DNA of 64,000 nt from positions 30,256,001 through 30,320,000 of the forward strand of contig CM126226.1 of NCBI GenBank assembly GCA_052327205.1. Direction: 5' to 3'. The notes under the pieces are model-generated. The model worked only from the letters and a program-made list of their open reading frames with translations. It was not told the origin of the DNA and did not search any database. Numbering within the stretch: the first letter of the stretch is position 1; each line of letters begins with the position of its first letter. The DNA comes from Somniosus microcephalus (Eukaryota). A program made the position numbers and the translations under genes. Shown piece after piece: positions 62,030 through 64,000 of the stretch.

Positions 62030-62358
62030 GCTGGTGTCCTACACCGTGAGGCTTGGCCCTTCCCCTGGTGTCCTGCACCGTGAGGCTTGGCCCTTCCCCT
62101 GGTGTCCTGCACCGTGAGGCTTGGCCCTTCCCCTGGTGTCCTGCACCGTGAGGCTTGGCCCTTCCCCTGGTGTCCTGCACCGTGAGGCTTGGCCCTTCCC
62201 CTGGTGTCCTGCACCGTGAGGCTTGGCCCTTCCCCTGGTGTCCTGCACGGAGGGGCTTGGCCCTTCCCTGGTGTCCTGCACCGTGAGGCTGGGCCCTTCC
62301 CCCGGTGTCCTGCACTGTGAGGCTTGGCTCTTCCCCTGGTGTCCTGCACTGTGGGCCT
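62030..62358. repeat. Second 34-bp minisatellite, about 9-10 units (ctggtgtcctgcaccgtgaggcttggcccttccc)
   Basis: 34-nt periodicity. Confidence 0.96.
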
Positions 62359-63389
62359 TGATCTTTATATACATTACAATTTGGGTGCAGCCTTTCATCC
62401 AGTGCAGTGCACTGTGGGGCGTGGCACTCTACAATGATTTCTCAATTAAAAAAAAAATTGGCCTCCACGTCACTGGGTTCAGGAGGGGGAAACCAGCCTG
62501 AGTTCTTCTTGCTCACTGTACAATATCCCATATAAAGTCATGTGTGTGGACACTGGGTGAAGAAAGGATTGGCTTTGGTTGTGAGGTCCTTCACAGTTGA
62601 ACAGCCTACTCATGAAGAATGTTCACTTGGGCAAGGTACTCCAGGGTGACTGGCACTTCTGGAACTGTACCCTATCAAGGGTCAGTGCCTGTGAAACCAG
62701 TACCCCAGAGAAGGCCAGCACTTTCAGGAGAGGAGGGGAGAAAAATGGAAAAAGAAAATCACAAGGAAAAAGGGGTGAATGAGTTGATGTGAGCTAGAAG
62801 AGCACTATTACTCGCATTAAGAGTGTAATACAACTTGCAATTATGATTCTTCATCAAGAGTTGAATTGTGAGAGAGATTAGCAAAGTGAGAAGGAACCCG
62901 AGTATAGTCTAGCCTGAACTGGAGTTTGGCACTGAAGTGCAGTTGGCTTGAAACTACATTAAGTTATTTGAGTCCTTTCAGTCCATTTATCATGGCAGCA
63001 CAGTGGAAACCAGTGTTGTAAAATTTGCAAGATGTGCCATTTCTGGGAACCATAAGTGCCCAGGACAACCTGGAAATATCTTCAGGTGGATTCAAAAGTT
63101 ATTGAACTTGAGGCACTCTGCTGTAAATGGGAGGATGAAAGGTCCTTAGAGCACACACTGTAGGAGGTGATGACCCCAAATCTAGAAAGGAATAGGGAGG
63201 CAGACAAAGGAAAATGGGTGACTATCTTCTGGGGTGGGGTGGGGGGCGAGAGGAGAGAGGGGAGAATGACTGGGGAAACTTTCAGGGGCTTGAAATTGCC
63301 TACAAGGATATAGTATTGGATATTATGACAGATGAGGCTAATGGCTCAAGGTGGGTGAGGGGAAGAAGTGATATTGTTGAGAAAAGGCA

Positions 63390-63850
63390 AATGTTAGTTA
63401 AAGGGGATTCTATCATTAGACAGATAGATAACTTTTTTTGCAGCCCTTTTCTGTTGCCTCCCAAGTGCCAGGGTAAATAACAGTATGGGCGGAAAAGATT
63501 CTGGAAAGGGAGGGTGAACAGCTCGAAGTTGTGGAACCAATAACATACGGAAGAGCAGGATGAATGGAGCTCTTGAAAACAGAGTTTGAGGAATTAAGAT
63601 TTTCAGATTAAAAAGCAGAACCTCCAGGTCAATGATCTCAGGATTACTCCCGGTGCCACACCATGTTAGAGAGAAGCACATCATATTGTGGCTGGACAGA
63701 TGGCGTAGAGGGAGGGTTTGAGATTTCTAAGGCACTGGATGCGTTACAGACAGAGGAAAGTTTTACAGATGGGATGGGCATCACCTAAACCAACATCATT
63801 GTACTAGTAGAGAGGGTAAATCGTGCAGGGAGAAGGATTTAAACTAGCAA
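63390..63850 (+). mobile_element. Degenerate CR1 ORF1 (SGNH/GDSL esterase-like) fragment
   Basis: Broken motifs VKGDSIIR.ID..FC, GTN, ISGLLPVP, FRFLRHW and DG.HLN across several frames. Confidence 0.65.
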
Positions 63851-64000
63851 AGCAGGGGAAGAGACAGATCTTAGAGCATATGGGCGGAGTGGCTAAGCAG
63901 TCTAAATGAATAAACTCTGGACAGAGCGCTGTGGAAAGATGGACTTTAGGGAGAAACAGTGAAAGAATGAAGAAAAAATAGAAAGGCGAAAATTTTATGA

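Noticed and set aside
50060-64000. Further TMCO4 exons (expected DWLL..VYR...VAGL..V peptide)
   Set aside because: Not found in the ORF track or by eye. Probably beyond the window, though a short exon could have been missed.

Overview
Vertebrate genomic DNA, most likely from a cartilaginous fish (shark-type repeat families: CR1/HER1-like LINEs, Deu-domain SINEs, Penelope-type palindromes). Three genes are supported, in the same order and orientation as human 1p36: NBL1/DAN (+, 3 coding exons, 27793-35540), HTR6 (+, 3 coding exons, 42622-46113, 441 aa) and the last coding exon of TMCO4 (-, 49676-50059). About a fifth of the window is large minisatellite arrays (23, 32, 33 and 34 bp units), and much of the rest is decayed LINE/SINE/MITE sequence. 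The most notable object is a very young Ty3/Gypsy LTR retrotransposon (55617-60096, -; identical 265-bp LTRs, 5-bp TSD) inserted into a 34-bp minisatellite. It has no tRNA primer-binding site. Instead it has a perfect 14-nt complement of its own LTR poly(A)-signal region, placed where it could self-prime, and its RT catalytic motif reads YLDN rather than YxDD. Other points of interest are a consensus RE1/NRSE in HTR6 intron 1, a perfect 80-bp palindrome with a 12-bp TSD and split hammerhead-like core, and a young tRNA-derived SINE with a 12-bp TSD. All comparisons to human proteins and repeat families are from recall, not database searches.
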